Source of the DNA: Vicugna vicugna
Lineage: Eukaryota
Assembly: GCA_013265495.1 (NCBI GenBank)
Contig: MU058054.1
Location: forward strand, 744,001-808,000
DNA length: 64,000 nt
Direction: 5' to 3'
In this document: positions 1 to 13,706 of the stretch, in pieces
How positions within the stretch are numbered: the first letter of the stretch is position 1
Layout of the letters: each line of letters starts with the position of its first letter
Program-made: the position numbers and the translations under genes
The notes under the pieces: model-generated
What the model saw: the letters and a program-made list of their open reading frames with translations, nothing else
What the model was told of the DNA's origin: nothing
The model's database searches: none

Positions 1-325
1 TATTTTCTTCAAAGGAAGAAAGATTGGGCAGCAAGATTTAACCACAAGGGCCTAGAGTTGTCATCACAGAGGGATTCATGAAGTGGTCAGACTAAAGCAG
101 TGATTTCACACGGTAATGGGGGTGAGGGAAGAACTCTGATTTCTTTTTAACTATGATCCTTAATATATTTCAAATTTTTGAAGTAATATTAAAAGAAGGC
201 TCAAGATTTTTATCTTTATTAAAAGAGGGATGTTAAGTCATCAACCTAAGAATAAGGGAAGGAATAAATACAAGTTTACATTCTCTCCAGACCCAAAGGG
301 ACTTAACACATTCGTGTTGTCTTCC

Positions 326-345
326 TGTGTGTGTGTGTGTGTGTG
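326..345. repeat. (TG)n microsatellite
   Basis: About 10 TG units, read directly. Confidence 0.9.
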
Positions 346-1644
346 AGTGAGTGAAATTAAAGCTCAAAGAGGTTGTGGTTTTCTAAGGTTGTTCAGCTCA
401 TAAGAGCTGGGGAGCCAAGATTCAATTCTAGTTCTTTTATATATGTGAAATATGATGGACTTCTTGGTGACAGAACTGTAGGCATTCAAGGTGAAATTAG
501 AAGATTTTACTACCAAAATGAGAACTATAGGGCTCAAAATAAGTTTACACTTTTTCTTTCATGGTAATTGGAGCCTTAGTAGATGAACTATGACAAGTTA
601 ATAATAAATGAAAACGCCTCTGTCGGTGCCCAATTTTTTTTTAATCCATAGAGAATTTCTTTGAAATCTTAGACATTCTTTAGCTGTGGTTGATGAGTTA
701 AATGATTATAAGGTTTTTGTCTTCCCGACAAATGGCATTCCAATAAACAAGGGTGGAGAGCTGGAGGAGAGACAGCAGTGGCGAAATACTGTGCATCAGC
801 CCACGTTGCACAAAACCACGTATGATACAGAGAGTATCGTGTCATCCTAGAGGGTTCTGAGTGCTGTCTAGACTCAGACCTTTATTTCTGGACCATCTAA
901 CTGCTTGTTTGTGTGTAGCCAGAGGTAAAAACGTCTAGAAACTATGCCTTGGTCATTTGGTTTATAAACAACTCGCTACCTTTTGCCCTGTATAATTCCT
1001 CAACAAAAAGTGACAGTAAATAATGAAATCTGATATAAAACCATTTTTTTTAAAGGTTACTGTGTGAAAATTGTTTTGAATGTGTCTGGCAAGAGTGGTA
1101 ATCCGGACACAGCGTCATATTTATGTCGGAGCCAGGGCACACAGATACCCCGACAGCCCTCTAAGCCAGGCTGAGGTGGGTGAGAACAGAGAGGACAGTT
1201 GTGAGACTCTTAAAGAGCCTTTGCGATGTTTTAGGTTCAGTAACAAATAGCATTTTTAGAGTTGGATTGTCCACACAGCCCTGCAGGCTGGTTCCACCCA
1301 CAGGTAGGGTAACGTGTGAACGTGCCCGGATCAGAATCAGTGTGCTCAGAGCAGGAAAACGTGACCGTTTGGTAGTAAAAACCACACTGCTAAACTGACA
1401 TAATAGGGTGGCCATTCTGGGTGAATTCTGCTGGGGCTGTTCAGGACTTTTGTTGGGGGGAAATGTGGGAATTGAGCACTGAGTTCTGCTCTTCCTAGCT
1501 ATCTGACTTTAAGCAAGTTCACTTTTCATCCCACGGATCGTTACTGAGGTCTTCACGTGTACCATCATTATTCTAGGTCTCTTAAACCTGTGGCCCAGTC
1601 ACCTCGTCATAAAACCAGGGCGTTATCTCCCAGCTCCCATGCTT

Positions 1645-3030
1645 TTTTAAGCAGCTTTACTGGGGTGTAATTTAAATACCATACAATCCACTGGGGGGTT
1701 TTAAGTGTAGACCATTTCTGTCATTCTAGAAGGAAACCTACCTATTAGCAGTCATTCTGCGTTCCCACCCCCCGCCCTGGGCAGCCACTGGTGTACTTTC
1801 CCTCTCTATAGAGTTGCCTTTTCTGGACATTGTACATAAAAGAAATCACGTAAGAGGGGGTCTCTTGTGTCTGGCTTCTTTTACTTACCTTGGTGTTTTT
1901 GAGACTCATCCGTGTTGCATGTACTGATGATCTATCATATGGCTAGACCACATTTTGTTTATCCATCATCTCTTGAGAGACATTTGGCTGTTTCCACTTT
2001 CTGGCTATTATGAATGGTGCTGTTATGGGCGTTGTAAGAAACTACTGTACTATTTTACAAAACTGCCAGACTTTTTCAGAGTGGCTATATCGTTTTACCA
2101 TTCCTATCAGCAACGTTTGAGGATTTCAACTTCTCCGTATTTTTCACAACCCTTGGTATTGTCTGTATTTTTTATTTATAGCCATTCTAGTAGGGATGAG
2201 GTGGTATCTCATTGTGGTTTTCACTTGCATTTCCTTGGTAGCTAATGATGTTGAGAATCTTCTCAGGTGCATATAATCCATTCCTATATCATCTTTGGTG
2301 AAATGTCTATTCAGATCTTTGGCTCATTTTTAAAAAAAATTGAAGTATAGTTGAATTACAATATTGTGTTAGTTTCAGACATACAACAGAGTGATTCAGT
2401 TATATATATATTTTTTCAGAATCTTTTCCATTACAAGATAACTGAATATAATTTCCTGTGCTATACGGTAAATCCATTTTGCTTATCTATTTTATGTATA
2501 GTAGTTTGTATCAGTTAATCTCGTACTGTTAATTTATCCCTCCCCCCACTCCCCTTTGCTAACTCTAAGTTTGCTTTCTGTGACTGTTTTGTATATAGAT
2601 TCATTTGCCTTATTTTTTAGATTCCACATATAAGTGATATCACATAATATTTGTCTTTTGCTGTCTGACTTCCTTCACTAACCTAGTCCATCCACGTTGC
2701 TGCAGATGGCAATATTTAATTTTTTTTATGTCTGAGTATTATTCCATTGTATGTGTCTTCTTAAGCCAATCGTCAGTTGACTGGCACTTGGGTTGTTTCC
2801 ATCTCTTGCTTTTGTCTGTTAAAAAATTTGTTTTGTCTTCTTATTAATGAGTTCTAAGAGTATATTGTGTGTTTTGGATACAAGTCCCTTATCACATATG
2901 TAACTTGCAAATATTTTCTCCCATTCTGTGGCTTATATTTCGGTTTTCTTGATAGTATCATTTGCAATGCTAAAGTTTTACGTTTTGATGAAATCCAACT
3001 TATCAGTGTTTTCTTTTTCCATGATCCTTT
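1645..3030 (-). mobile_element. Old L1 (L1M-type) 3' fragment with a younger L1 3' end nested at ~2330-2810
   Basis: Typical L1 3'-end antisense text (gtggtatctcattgtggttttcacttgcatttcc) interrupted by a second 3' end starting ttgaagtatagttg, then resuming. Confidence 0.7.
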
Positions 3031-3694
3031 GACTACGTGTTGTCCAATCATGATTCTGCCCTTCTTGAAGGACCTTTTGGATCCTGGGATGTTGGATCTG
3101 TTAGCTTTGTGATATTTTACATCAGACCAAGCTTATTTTCAGTATTTGAATACAGGAGGTACAGAATAAATGTTCTTCATTAAATTTACTCTGTTTTGGA
3201 AAATTCATCTCAGACATGTTTACCTTCTTTCAGAGTACGTTAGTATCTGCTGCCGATTCTGTTGTCAGCCTGAGAAGTCACTGACGTTTTTTGTGAAGTT
3301 TTATTACTTAATACTGATTTGTGTATGAAAAATTACCATTTGAATATAAAACTTATTTTCATCTCATAATTGTCCTGTTTAGGCTTATGTGTTCTTTCTT
3401 CCAGAAAAGCCACCACTTATAAATTATTTTCGAAGCATCAAAGATTAATTGCCAGGTAATTTTTATGGTTAAAATAATTAAAGAATACATTTGAGATGGA
3501 TTTTTATCAGAGAGAGATTTTTCTCAGATGCAAATAAAAGGCATTTATATCTGTGGTGGTAGGTTATGATGCCTGGCTGTATAAGGCAAATTTCAGTTCT
3601 GTGAGAAAGACTAAAACCAACTTTGCATTCCACAACTTTTATTTTATTTCATAAATACAGTTAAGTCAGTTCCGCAAGTTCTTTTGCTTTAGAT

Positions 3695-3893
3695 CAGAGT
3701 TTCTCAGCCTTAGCACTGCTCACATTTTGGGCTGAGTAATTCTCTTTTGTGTGGGGCTGTCCTGTGCATTGTATTCATGGCCTCTGCCCACTAGGTGCCG
3801 GTAGCATCTCCCCACTTGTGACAACCAAAAATGTCTCCAGAGGTTGACATGTCCCCCGGGAGACAAAACTCACCTCCTGGTAAAGAACTACTG
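3695..3893. mobile_element. MER20-like hAT-Charlie DNA transposon relic
   Basis: CAG...CTG termini, internal gtgacaaccaaaaatgtctccaga, intact 8-bp TSD ctttagat (3687-3694 and 3894-3901). Confidence 0.85.
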
Positions 3894-6800
3894 CTTTAGA
3901 TATATATCTAGAACTTAAATTTTGAATAAATAGGTAATAGTAATGAAATTCAAAGAAGACCCCTCCTTTCCCCCCCAGATACGGGCAGAAATTGTCCCTC
4001 AGCTGTGCCACTGGGATTGCTAACGTGGTCTTGGCATGCAGCCCATGGAATTAAGAGGCTGATGGTTCCTCCTTGGCCCTCAGAAAGCCCATCTGCGTAC
4101 TCTTCCTCCTCTTCCCGCCAGCTTCTCCCTCTGTGTTCTTTTGCGCATGGTAGTCTGTCACTGTGTCACGAGGTCTTCTAAGGGCAAACAGACCGTGAAT
4201 CCACATGAGGCTCTGGTGAGCAGTCCCAGGTGGCTAGTGGGAGAAAGCAGACTTGAGGAAAAGGAGGAGGACGGGATTGGATTTCCTCTGCTTCCACTTT
4301 GAGAACTTTTCCGCTATGATCTAAAAAGCCCCGAAGCATGTGAAAATGTGAATTTAGAGCGGGACCAGAGAGAAGGGGTGTGGGAGGAAAAGGTAATGAA
4401 GTGTTGTAAGCAAACCAGAATTGCTGTACTCCTGTTAAAGCAGGGGATGCTTCAACTCAGTCCCCTCCTCTTCTCAGCCACTGAGTCCTGCTCCACGGAG
4501 GGCTCTGTCACATATACTGAGACCGATAACTGCGTGCAGTCGAACCAAGAGGCTGCAGGCTGATTACTCAGAGAATCACTGATAAGAATTTCCCGACATT
4601 TGACTCTGTGAAGATCCAGCTCCGAATGTCGAGGTTTTAACGTTAAATGCCACACACGCTCCACAGGCCCTTCTTCCTGCAATAGTGCTGTCTGCTCCTA
4701 GGACGTGGGGAAGAATCTGGCAGTTAGTAACTGCTCCTGAGTCTTGGACAGAGCAGCACCTGCCTCACATGGCATTCTCGTGAAGTCGTGGCTGTGAATT
4801 GGTGATTGGTTGCAGCAACGTGGAGCCATTGTGAGTTTTGAAACTCTCTCTTTGCCTTTCCTTGCTGCTTAATGAAAACTCTGGCTGTCACGTTTTCTTC
4901 CTAGTCATATTTTGGTCAATTCTTTTCTTTCATAATGCCTACTTCCCCCTGCAACTGACGTCAGACTCTGCTTGCCTCCTGTAATTTTCCTAATTGCTTT
5001 CTCTCCTGTCTCGGTCTGTGCCTGAATAAGGGAAAAGAAAAAGTGGCGAAGGCATATTTTGGGAAGGGAGGGGCCAGAGCAGCTTAAAGAAGGTGATTAT
5101 TTCCTAGTTGTAATGTTTCTCACTGACCCTCCTTAGTGCGTGTCCGGAGGGCTGTCACGTGTGCAGGAAACTGATCTGGAAAGGAGGAAATGAACAGTTA
5201 CTGAGGGTCTGCCCTGTGCCCAGCGCCTGCCTGTGCTTCATGTGCATTGGTTTTATTTAATCTGCAAGGAGCCATTTGAGGGGTGTTCTTGTCCCCTTTT
5301 GCAGGTGAGGAAATAAGACACAAAGAGGTTAATTTGTCATTCTTACCGAGGGCCAGCATTCAAAGGCAGGTCCCTCTGACCCCGGGTCTGTGCTGTCTCT
5401 GCTTCTGGGCCTCTTCTGCTCTGATTAGTGGTACCGCCATCACAAAGGGAAGGGGAGGAACTGTCCGTCCCCAGAAGAGTGGATACCATGAAAGGCAGTT
5501 GTACCAGGTAGGAGGTTACAATACCTGGCTGTAAAGGCAGCTTCAGATCTGTGAGAAAGAATGAAAGCCACTGTATTCTCAGAAAAGTGCTGGTTTCTGG
5601 AAGGATTATCTTGATTTGAGGTAGCAGGTATCACTTCCCTCAGGGCGTAGAAAATATGATTTAACCACTGGACAACATCTCTTCACGACGAATGTCGTGA
5701 TTAAGTAAGTGTACATTAATTTTACTGGTGTTCAAAGTCTTTACTCCTACTAGGAAGTATGAGATAATCTAAGACAAAATCAGTTCTCTGAGTTTAGAAT
5801 GTGCTGATTTGGTCCTTTTTGACTGGGGTAGATAGATGAGGGGGGAGGGTAAGGGGTACACGTATGTGTGTATGTGTATGAAATTGGGTATCTGCGGTGT
5901 TTTGGGAATTCGTCTTGGAACCTCAGTGGTCTTCTTAATTCATGCTAAAGAGAGTATTACGCCGTACTGATTCTGAACCATAGGAAGTTACTTGCCTCCT
6001 TCCTTTCAATTGCTTTCCAAATTTACACTTTTTCTGAGGGAAGGAAAAAAAAGGAACCAAGAGGAGCAGGAAGAGGGAGCTGCCGGGTCACTGAACTGAG
6101 GTGCATCCTTGGCTTCTGGCTCTCTTCCCACTCTTGAATCTCTTCACTGACTTGCTACGAGGGAGGGACTGTGGAGGCAGTAAGTTTACCCGGGAAGTGA
6201 ACAGTAAGTAGGAGTTGCTGGAGAATTGATGGCTACGTAAAATAGTGTCTCAAACAAAGAAAGAGATTTATATTTGTCTTTAAAACTGAAGGCAAGGTTT
6301 ATACTTGCTACTGGAACTGAGTTGACATTTAACTTCTCATCCCCAAACGCTTTGAATTAACTGTTCTAAGCTGTGAAACCAAGTTTGTAGTAACACACCC
6401 AGCAATCAATCACCTAGTATTTGTCTCTTAAAAAAAGGATGTATTACAGCTCCACCAGGTGGCTGCCAGCAGTGTGAATGAGACAGGCCACCATCCTCCA
6501 GGACGAGGGGGAAGCTGCTCTTGATTTTATTTGTGCATCATCTTAACTACATCAGGCTTCCGTTTAAGGAAGGGCAAAGAAGGGAGACCACGGCAGGTTT
6601 TTCTAGGAAGTCTGTCTGGCGAAAAAACAAAAAAACAAAAAAACTCCTTCAAGATCACTGTGACTCCCTTTTGACATATAAATACCTGAAACCCATAGAC
6701 AGTTTTTTGATGGGTTAGTTGTACCCCGGGTTCCTATGTTCTGGTGCCCTGATTCCAACTATTATTTTTGGTTTTCATGAAAAGGCAGAGGATACTGTAG

Positions 6801-8321
6801 GCTTGTAGGTTAGTTTCAGCTTGTGACTGTTAGACACTGGGTGTGATCTAGCTCAGACACTGTGTAGTAGGAACGAAGGCTGGTGACCTGAATTGTATTT
6901 TTGGTTCTGCTCCTGTTCGGCAAGTGGTTTCTTTTTTCTGGTCCTCAGTTTTCGTATCTAAGGAGTGAGTGAGTTGTACCAACTGATCTCCAGAAACTCT
7001 TGGCCTGTGCACCAGTGTTTGAGTACTTTTTGTTTTAAATTTGGAAAAGAATGAACTTGTTAAGCATTTGAAACCAAGTAGAAAAGATGAGGGAGAAAAA
7101 CTGTACTTAGTGTAGACATTTCCATTTTTTAAATTAAACTCTACATTATGATATTGATGCTGAGAACTGGAATGAGATAATCTTCAGTCTTCTCCCGCTA
7201 GTCTGATGTGGCACAGATGTGATAATAAAGTCCATATGCAGCCTCGCTGAAAGTATCTGATTAGACATAAAATGGTAAAAATAAAAAAATCTGATAAGCA
7301 AATTGAGCACAAAGAATGAAAACAAAACAGAACAAAAACCTACCCAGCTCCCTAAACTTTGGAAGGTGAAATTCATTTTCCCAACTTACTGGTTCTGTTC
7401 TCATCTGGATTTAGAGAAAAGAGAAAGAAACAACTTTTTTCTATATGCTGAGTAAATATATTCATCTATTGAAAGTCAAAGACAGTATTATGTAATTGAA
7501 ATTTGAAGAGCTCTGAGGTACACATTGGTTTGTTCTCTTGTAGTTCAGACATCAGTGAATAAAATGAACCATCCCTAATGGATCCAAATATTCTAAATTG
7601 CAGTTAGTTTTCAGTATATGACATTTTCATTTAATTTGGTTTAATTTTTTTTATGTTAGTTGAAGACACTGATTTGCAAAAAGCATAAGTCACATTTTAT
7701 TCCAGTTCTATCAATACACCCAGGTTAGGGAGTATCAGGGGCTGGTGGTGATGCTGGTGGGGGGTACTGGTCCCCCGCTCCTTGTGACTTTCCCCGTTAA
7801 CACGTAGTGTGTTATTTCACTCTTTGTGCTTCCCCCCTTTAAGAAAAAAATAGTCAATTTGTTACCTTAAAAAATTGCCCATGAATGAATACTGATTTCG
7901 TATGGTGGCTCCTCCTACCCTTTACAGAAATCAGTTTTTACATTGTTTGCTACGCTCCGTGGTTTAGTTTGCCTTCTTCCATATGTGCTTTTATTGGCAC
8001 ATTGCTATGCCACCTGCTTGAAGTTTGAAATGTTAGGTTTGGATGCAACATAGACTTTGATCTAGGAGTTGGGTTTTTTGTTTTGTTTTGTTTTGTTTCT
8101 CCTGTGAGACAGTTACATGAAAGCAGGATCTTTGATTTTAGTAATTTATGTGTTTTTCCTGCTTATTTCTTACCTGAACATGTCATAATGCTCCATGCGG
8201 GACACTGCAGCTGGCTGCTCTGGAGTTGATTGAAAATTAATAAAAGATGATAACTTTAGGTAGAAATTAAACATAAAAGAACTGCTGATTTCTTAAAGAG
8301 ATAAAGTAAACTCAGATTTTC

Positions 8322-9180
8322 TTTTTTTAACTTTTTTTATTGAGTAATAGTCATTTTACAATGTCGTATCAAATTCTAGTGTAGAGCACAATTTTTCAGT
8401 TATATATGAATATATATATATTCACTGTCACATTTTTTTTTGCTATGAGCTACCACAAGATCTTGTTTATATTTCCCTATGCTATACAGTATAATCTTAT
8501 TTATCTATTCTGCATTCTAAAATCCCAGTCTGTCCCTTCCCACCCCCCGCCCCCTTGGCAACCACAAGTTTGTTTTCTATGTCTATGAGTCTGTTTCTGT
8601 TTTGTATTTATGTTTTGTTTTGTTTTTAGATTCCTCATGTGAGCGATCTCACATGGTATTTTTCTTTCTCTTTCTGGCTTACTTCACGTAGAATGACATT
8701 CTCCAGGAACATCCATGTTCCTGCAAATGGCATTATGTTGTCAGTTTTTATGGCTGAATAGTATTCCATCGTATAAATATCCCCACATCTTCTTTACCCA
8801 GTCATCGTTGATGGACATTTAGGCTGTTTCCATGTCTTGGCTATTGTAAATAGTGCTGCTATGAACATTGGGGTGTAGGTGTCTTTTTGAAGTAGGGTTC
8901 CTTCTGGATTTATGCCCAGGAGCAGGATTCCTGCATCATATGGTAAGTCTATTCCTAGTCTTTTGAGGAATCTCCATACCGTTTTCCACAATGGCTTTCC
9001 TTGCTTCCCTCTCCCACTCTTAATGATTTAGATGTCTTCTTTTACAATTTTGTGTTTATTCTTTTTGTAATTCATGGCAGTTATCTCCTTTCCAGTTATG
9101 AGTTTCTCATTTTTGTAGCATCCTGCTTCTTTTCTATTTAGAGTAGACCTGTCAGTATTTTTTTTTAGCATGGGTTTAGT
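8322..9180 (-). mobile_element. L1-derived insertion with an internal deletion (ORF1 end plus spacer fused to ORF2 tail and 3' UTR)
   Basis: Perfect 16-bp TSD gtaaactcagattttc at 8306-8321 and 9181-9196; T-rich tail at 8322. Its segments are homologous to two distant parts of the full-length L1 in this window. Confidence 0.88.
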
Positions 9181-9347
9181 GTAAACTCAGATTTTCAAGT
9201 ATTGGCACAGAACGTCTGTTAATTCAAGAATATCAGTACTGGTTTTAGTGAAAAATTTTAGCAAGTTAGTTTCAACATGTGCTTTATGTGAAAGGTAAAT
9301 TCTAAAATTTACTTGAAATTTAATTTTTTAGTTAAAAAAAGAGGTTT

Positions 9348-9481
9348 AGGGGGATGGTATAGCTCAAGTGGTAGAGTGCATACTTACCATGTACAAGGTC
9401 CTGAGTTCCATCCCCAGTACTGCCTCTAAATATAAAGAAAGAAAGAAACCTAGTTACCTCCCCGTGACCAAATAAAAAAAA
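9348..9481 (+). mobile_element. tRNA-derived SINE (vic-1-like)
   Basis: Head ggggg.tggtatagctcaagtggtagag (A box), gagttccatcccc (B-box-like), A-rich tail, flanking aaaa(g)aggttt repeats. Confidence 0.85.
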
Positions 9482-10674
9482 GGTTTCATTACCTTAATAA
9501 CCATATGATGAAAGTTTACCGCTGAAAGTAATACACACATACATGCTTCATAGATCATACATTATTCCCAGCAGTCTTTGGGACTAAATAATTTACTCCC
9601 AAACTATGGGAATGTTCCAAATATATAATCTTAGCTCTGGAATTTAAAATTTAACTTCTAGTCTTCTGTGTCTTGCAAGTCATGAGTTTGAGGAATATTT
9701 TATATATTCCTCTTAGCATGCATTGAAAAGGAGTTTGTGGCCCTTTTGCTATATATTCTTATAATAACCCATTATTAGTGGCATGTCATGTCACTTCTCT
9801 GAGCTCATTTCCACCTCTGGATAAAATGGAGGTTTTGGGTACGGGCATGAGAGATGGAGCTTGGGTCGGAACAATTTCTGATGTCTCTTCCAGTTCTAAA
9901 TATTGTATGACATTATTATGACAGAATGCTCCAATGATTCCATGGCCACATCTCTGTTTGTTCATGACTGACTTGGCTTTTACTGTAAGAATTTCATTTG
10001 TTATACCCATGCTGCACATGGACTTCTGAATGATTTAGTAATTTCCCAAATCCTTTCATTTAAAATTTGCCAGAAGTGTCTTTGTCAACAAGAATTTGAG
10101 TTGGCTTTCAAAGAAACTAAAGAAGACTGAATATAAATGGAATGGGGTCATTTATCAATATCGGTTCTTTTATTTCACTAGTTGAATTAATGTCTAAGCA
10201 TTCAGCCCAGGGACTGTGTCTAGCTCTTCCATTTTATTAATGACTTAACCTTGCTGCTGTCTTCCTTTTAGCTTGCAGTAAGTACAGAATAGTTAGAAAC
10301 TGTTGACAATTTTTATAATCTTTCAGCTCCCATGAAGTCTGTAAGCAATAAAATAAATGTCATTCTTTCTCTTCTTGCTCTTTTCTGGGCATTTGGTTAG
10401 ATGACTGTTTTGGTCTTTGCTAGTGTCTATCTGGTCACAATAGTTTTTGTGTTCTGAAAGACAGAAGCCAATTAATTGAATTAACCTATGTCACCATTAC
10501 TTTTACAGCCAAAAGATCAGAGAAGAAAATACCCTAATAAATGGGATGCCCTTTGAAATCCTTGTATAAAGAGAAGCAGTGAAAGTACATTATTAATTTG
10601 GTATCTTACTGAGAAAATTGACCAGTGAATGTTGGTTTTGCATTTTCCATGGTAATGTTGTGTCATTTATTTAG

Positions 10675-10865
10675 ATATCCTTGGAACAGAAGATCTTATT
10701 GTGGAAGTGACTGCCGACGATGCTGTGAGATTTTATCCCTGGACCATTGATAATAAATACTATTCAGCAGATATCAATCTATGTGTGGTGCCAAACAAGT
10801 TTCTCGTCACTGCAGACATTGCAGAGTCTGTCCAAGCCCTTGTGGTTTACTTTGACAGCACACAA
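10675..10865 (+). CDS. AAGAB: AAGAB coding exon 2 (191 bp; [63 protein letters not shown])
   Basis: Translation matches the recalled N-terminal region of mammalian AAGAB/p34. Bounded by tttag| acceptor and |gtaaga donor; the phase continues into the next exon. Confidence 0.96.
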
Positions 10866-10991
10866 GTAAGATTTTGTTTCCCACGGACCTTGAATAAGAA
10901 ATCATTTTGCCGTTTCTCTTTTTTCCCCTGCGAGTTCTCTTAATGTCTCTTGTCCTGTTTCTGTTCATGTGTTTGTTTCTCCTCCCTCTAG

Positions 10992-11088
10992 AAATCTGGT
11001 CTTGATAGTGTTTCCTCATGGCTTCCCCTGGCAGAAGCATGGTTACCTGAGGTGATGATCTTGGTTTGTGATAGAGTCTCTGAAAACG
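10992..11088 (+). CDS. AAGAB: AAGAB coding exon 3 (97 bp; [32 protein letters not shown])
   Basis: Pyrimidine tract plus ctag| acceptor, |gtaagg donor; in frame with exons 2 and 4; matches recalled AAGAB. Confidence 0.96.
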
Positions 11089-11437
11089 GTAAGGCGCTCC
11101 AGTGGGACTGTGGTTGGTACACACATTTGCCGTTCCTTGGTAAACAATGCATTGGTTCCCATAACTTAGAAAGTACATCTTAATGTGATTTTATTACCTT
11201 ACAAAAATACTTTCAGCTCTTTCTCTTTGGAATCTTGCACTCTTTACATTTTATTTTTAAAGAATGGACACTGGGTTTCTCAGACTTTCGGGTTTTCTTT
11301 ATATTGGTTTATGTTGGATGCCTTTAGCATAACGTTAACATGAAAGGTAACGCTTTGGGATCTGGGGAGGGTATTGCGGCAATATTCATGTTGTGTTTTA
11401 TTTTTGCTTATAAAGAATGTCTTGCTTGTTATTTTAG

Positions 11438-11527
11438 GTGTAAACCGACAGAAAGCTCAAGAATGGTGTATCAAACATGGCTTTGAATTGGTGGAACTTA
11501 GTCCCGAAGAGTTGCCTGAGGAGGATG
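11438..11527 (+). CDS. AAGAB: AAGAB coding exon 4 (90 bp; [30 protein letters not shown])
   Basis: ttttag| acceptor, |gtgagt donor; contains the [12 protein letters not shown] motif of the adaptin-binding protein family. Confidence 0.96.
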
Positions 11528-13668
11528 GTGAGTATTTGTGTGTCAGGAGAAAACATGGTGTTTGGATTCAGATATGAGAGATTATTTGAATTCAGGGAAG
11601 AACAATCAAAGTGATACTCAAAAAATGTTTTTTCCTGAGCTCTTTGAAAATATTTGTGCAAAATCCACAGATGTGATCTGTTAATTGAATAACCCATTTA
11701 TGTGGTTTTACCACCCATTTTAGGACTTTTGAATTTTTCTTTTCCTCTTGTGGCTACAGGTAGACATTTCTACCTTAAATCTTAGTCTTTCCCCAGTCTC
11801 TTATCCTTTCTCTGCTACCAGCAAAGGAGGGTTTGACCTATATTCATAAATGGTTAAAGTTTATGTTCCTTATTTTGAATTTTTTTTTTGACATTGCATT
11901 TTGAAAAGGAATTTATTTTCCACTCAGTTGAGTCGTGCTTATTTTAATCTGTAGTAACCAGAGGCTGAATTCCCAGGAACCCCTGGGGCATGCCGGTACT
12001 ATGCGTATGTCTTCTGGACATTAGACGCCAAAGATAGACCCAGAATGCACTGTCACCCCTCCCTGCCTTCCGGGGGTGGCTCTGTACTTCCTTCTCCTTC
12101 ACAATAGACTTTCTGCTTCTTCCCCTTCCCCCATCCCTCTACCCATCTTTTCTCCTTCAAAGTACAGCTGTGTTAGCTGCTCTGGGGTCTACCAAGATCA
12201 GATGGGTTTTGGCCCACCAAAACCTTATCGTCTAGTGCAAGAGATGAAACATGTACACAGACAACTGAATTACCAATTGGAACGTCTTAAGTATTATTAA
12301 AAAGTTACTGGTGCTATGGAATTTCAGAGACGAGGAGATTATTTCTCTTTAGAAGCTCAAAGGATGCATTGGCACCGTGAGCTCTCACATGTCAGCTGCT
12401 CCATGGGGAAGAAATGGAGAAGGTCCTGGACTTAGAGGACTGGCAGGGAGATGCCAGTTGTTGCAACAGACATTCTAAGCAGGGCAGCTAATGTGAATTA
12501 AAGTACCTAGGGAGGCTGTAAGTACTCATTGCAGGAAGCCTATATTTTTTTAAAAAAAAGAAATTAAGAAGTATTTTTCTATATTCTGGCTTTTTTAGAA
12601 TTTTTCCAAATTGTTTTTGTCTTCAGGAATAAAGCCCCGCCAGAGAAGAAAAGGACAAAAATTAAATAGAAAGGCTGATTTTTTTCCCCCATGTACATTT
12701 TTAAGAATATTGAAAATTAATAAGTATAATTTATCTTTCATGTTTTTCTAGGACTCCTAAAACTTGTACCCTGTTTTGTGTGTATAAGCATGTGTGTGAT
12801 TGTTCACTTCTGGCACTAGAATGTTCTCTTCTTATTGTTCTTGAGAGTCAGAATTTGGGGCATTTATTTTATCTGGTTTTATTTTGGAATCTCTGCTCCT
12901 TTATACCACTGTGCTGCTTCTCGCTCCTTGTCCGAATAATGTTGTATTAATTCATCTCAGTCTTCAAAGAGATGTCAACATATCATCTTTAGGTAAAGTG
13001 ACTAAAACTTTCCTAGACTGTTTTAATGCAGATGTTCCCAAGCCATAGACCCTCACCCTTTATTGACATGTATTAGTTGAACATCAGTATGAGACTTGGT
13101 GCTTGTTCGTGTTAAATTCATCTTATTGATTCTAGCTCTTTATTTCAGACCATATTTTTGGTTCCTGGTTAGACCATCTGAAGTATTAGTTATTCTTTCA
13201 AGAAGTGAATCATTCATAGTTAAGATAAACATGCCTTTTATTTCTTCATTTAAACGTCGATGGTGATATGTGCATCTGTGTAGGGCGTCTGCAGTTTAGT
13301 CCTGCCCATGTTTCTGCTAGGTTGGTGGGTGGGTTGGTGTTCTGTAAATGAGTCGTCAGCTCATCAGTTCCTGAATGCCTGTCGTCTTTCAGGCACTGTG
13401 TTAGTTTAGGGAGTGGGAATAACGAACTCAAGAAGACATGATTCCTGCCTTCACAAGTTTCCAGTCTAGAAGGAAAGGTCACACCAGTAAATCGTCAGTT
13501 CCAGCACGCCTTCTCTCTGGGAGAGGTGCAGAGTGGTGCCATCCCCACTTGTGTTTGAGAACAGCATGAGTAATTTGCCCTTAGTCAAATAGCTAGTAAG
13601 TTATAGAGCCTGGGTTCAAATTCATATCTCCTAACTTCTGATTCTCTGCTCTTCCTGTTAAACCACCC

Positions 13669-13706
13669 AGGGCCAGGCCAGGCCACTAGGGCCAGGCCAG
13701 GCCACT
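13669..13706. repeat. Two-copy 19-bp tandem repeat agggccaggccaggccact
   Basis: Exact direct duplication, read directly. Confidence 0.85.

Noticed and set aside
1..10674. AAGAB exon 1 and promoter
   Set aside because: No CpG island or MAAGVPCALV-like coding sequence is seen; the region is intron 1.
10701..10943. 80-aa ORF as a standalone gene
   Set aside because: It is AAGAB exon 2 read through its splice donor into the 126-bp intron 2. The ORFs at 11374, 43317, 48380 and 61513 likewise just contain real exons.
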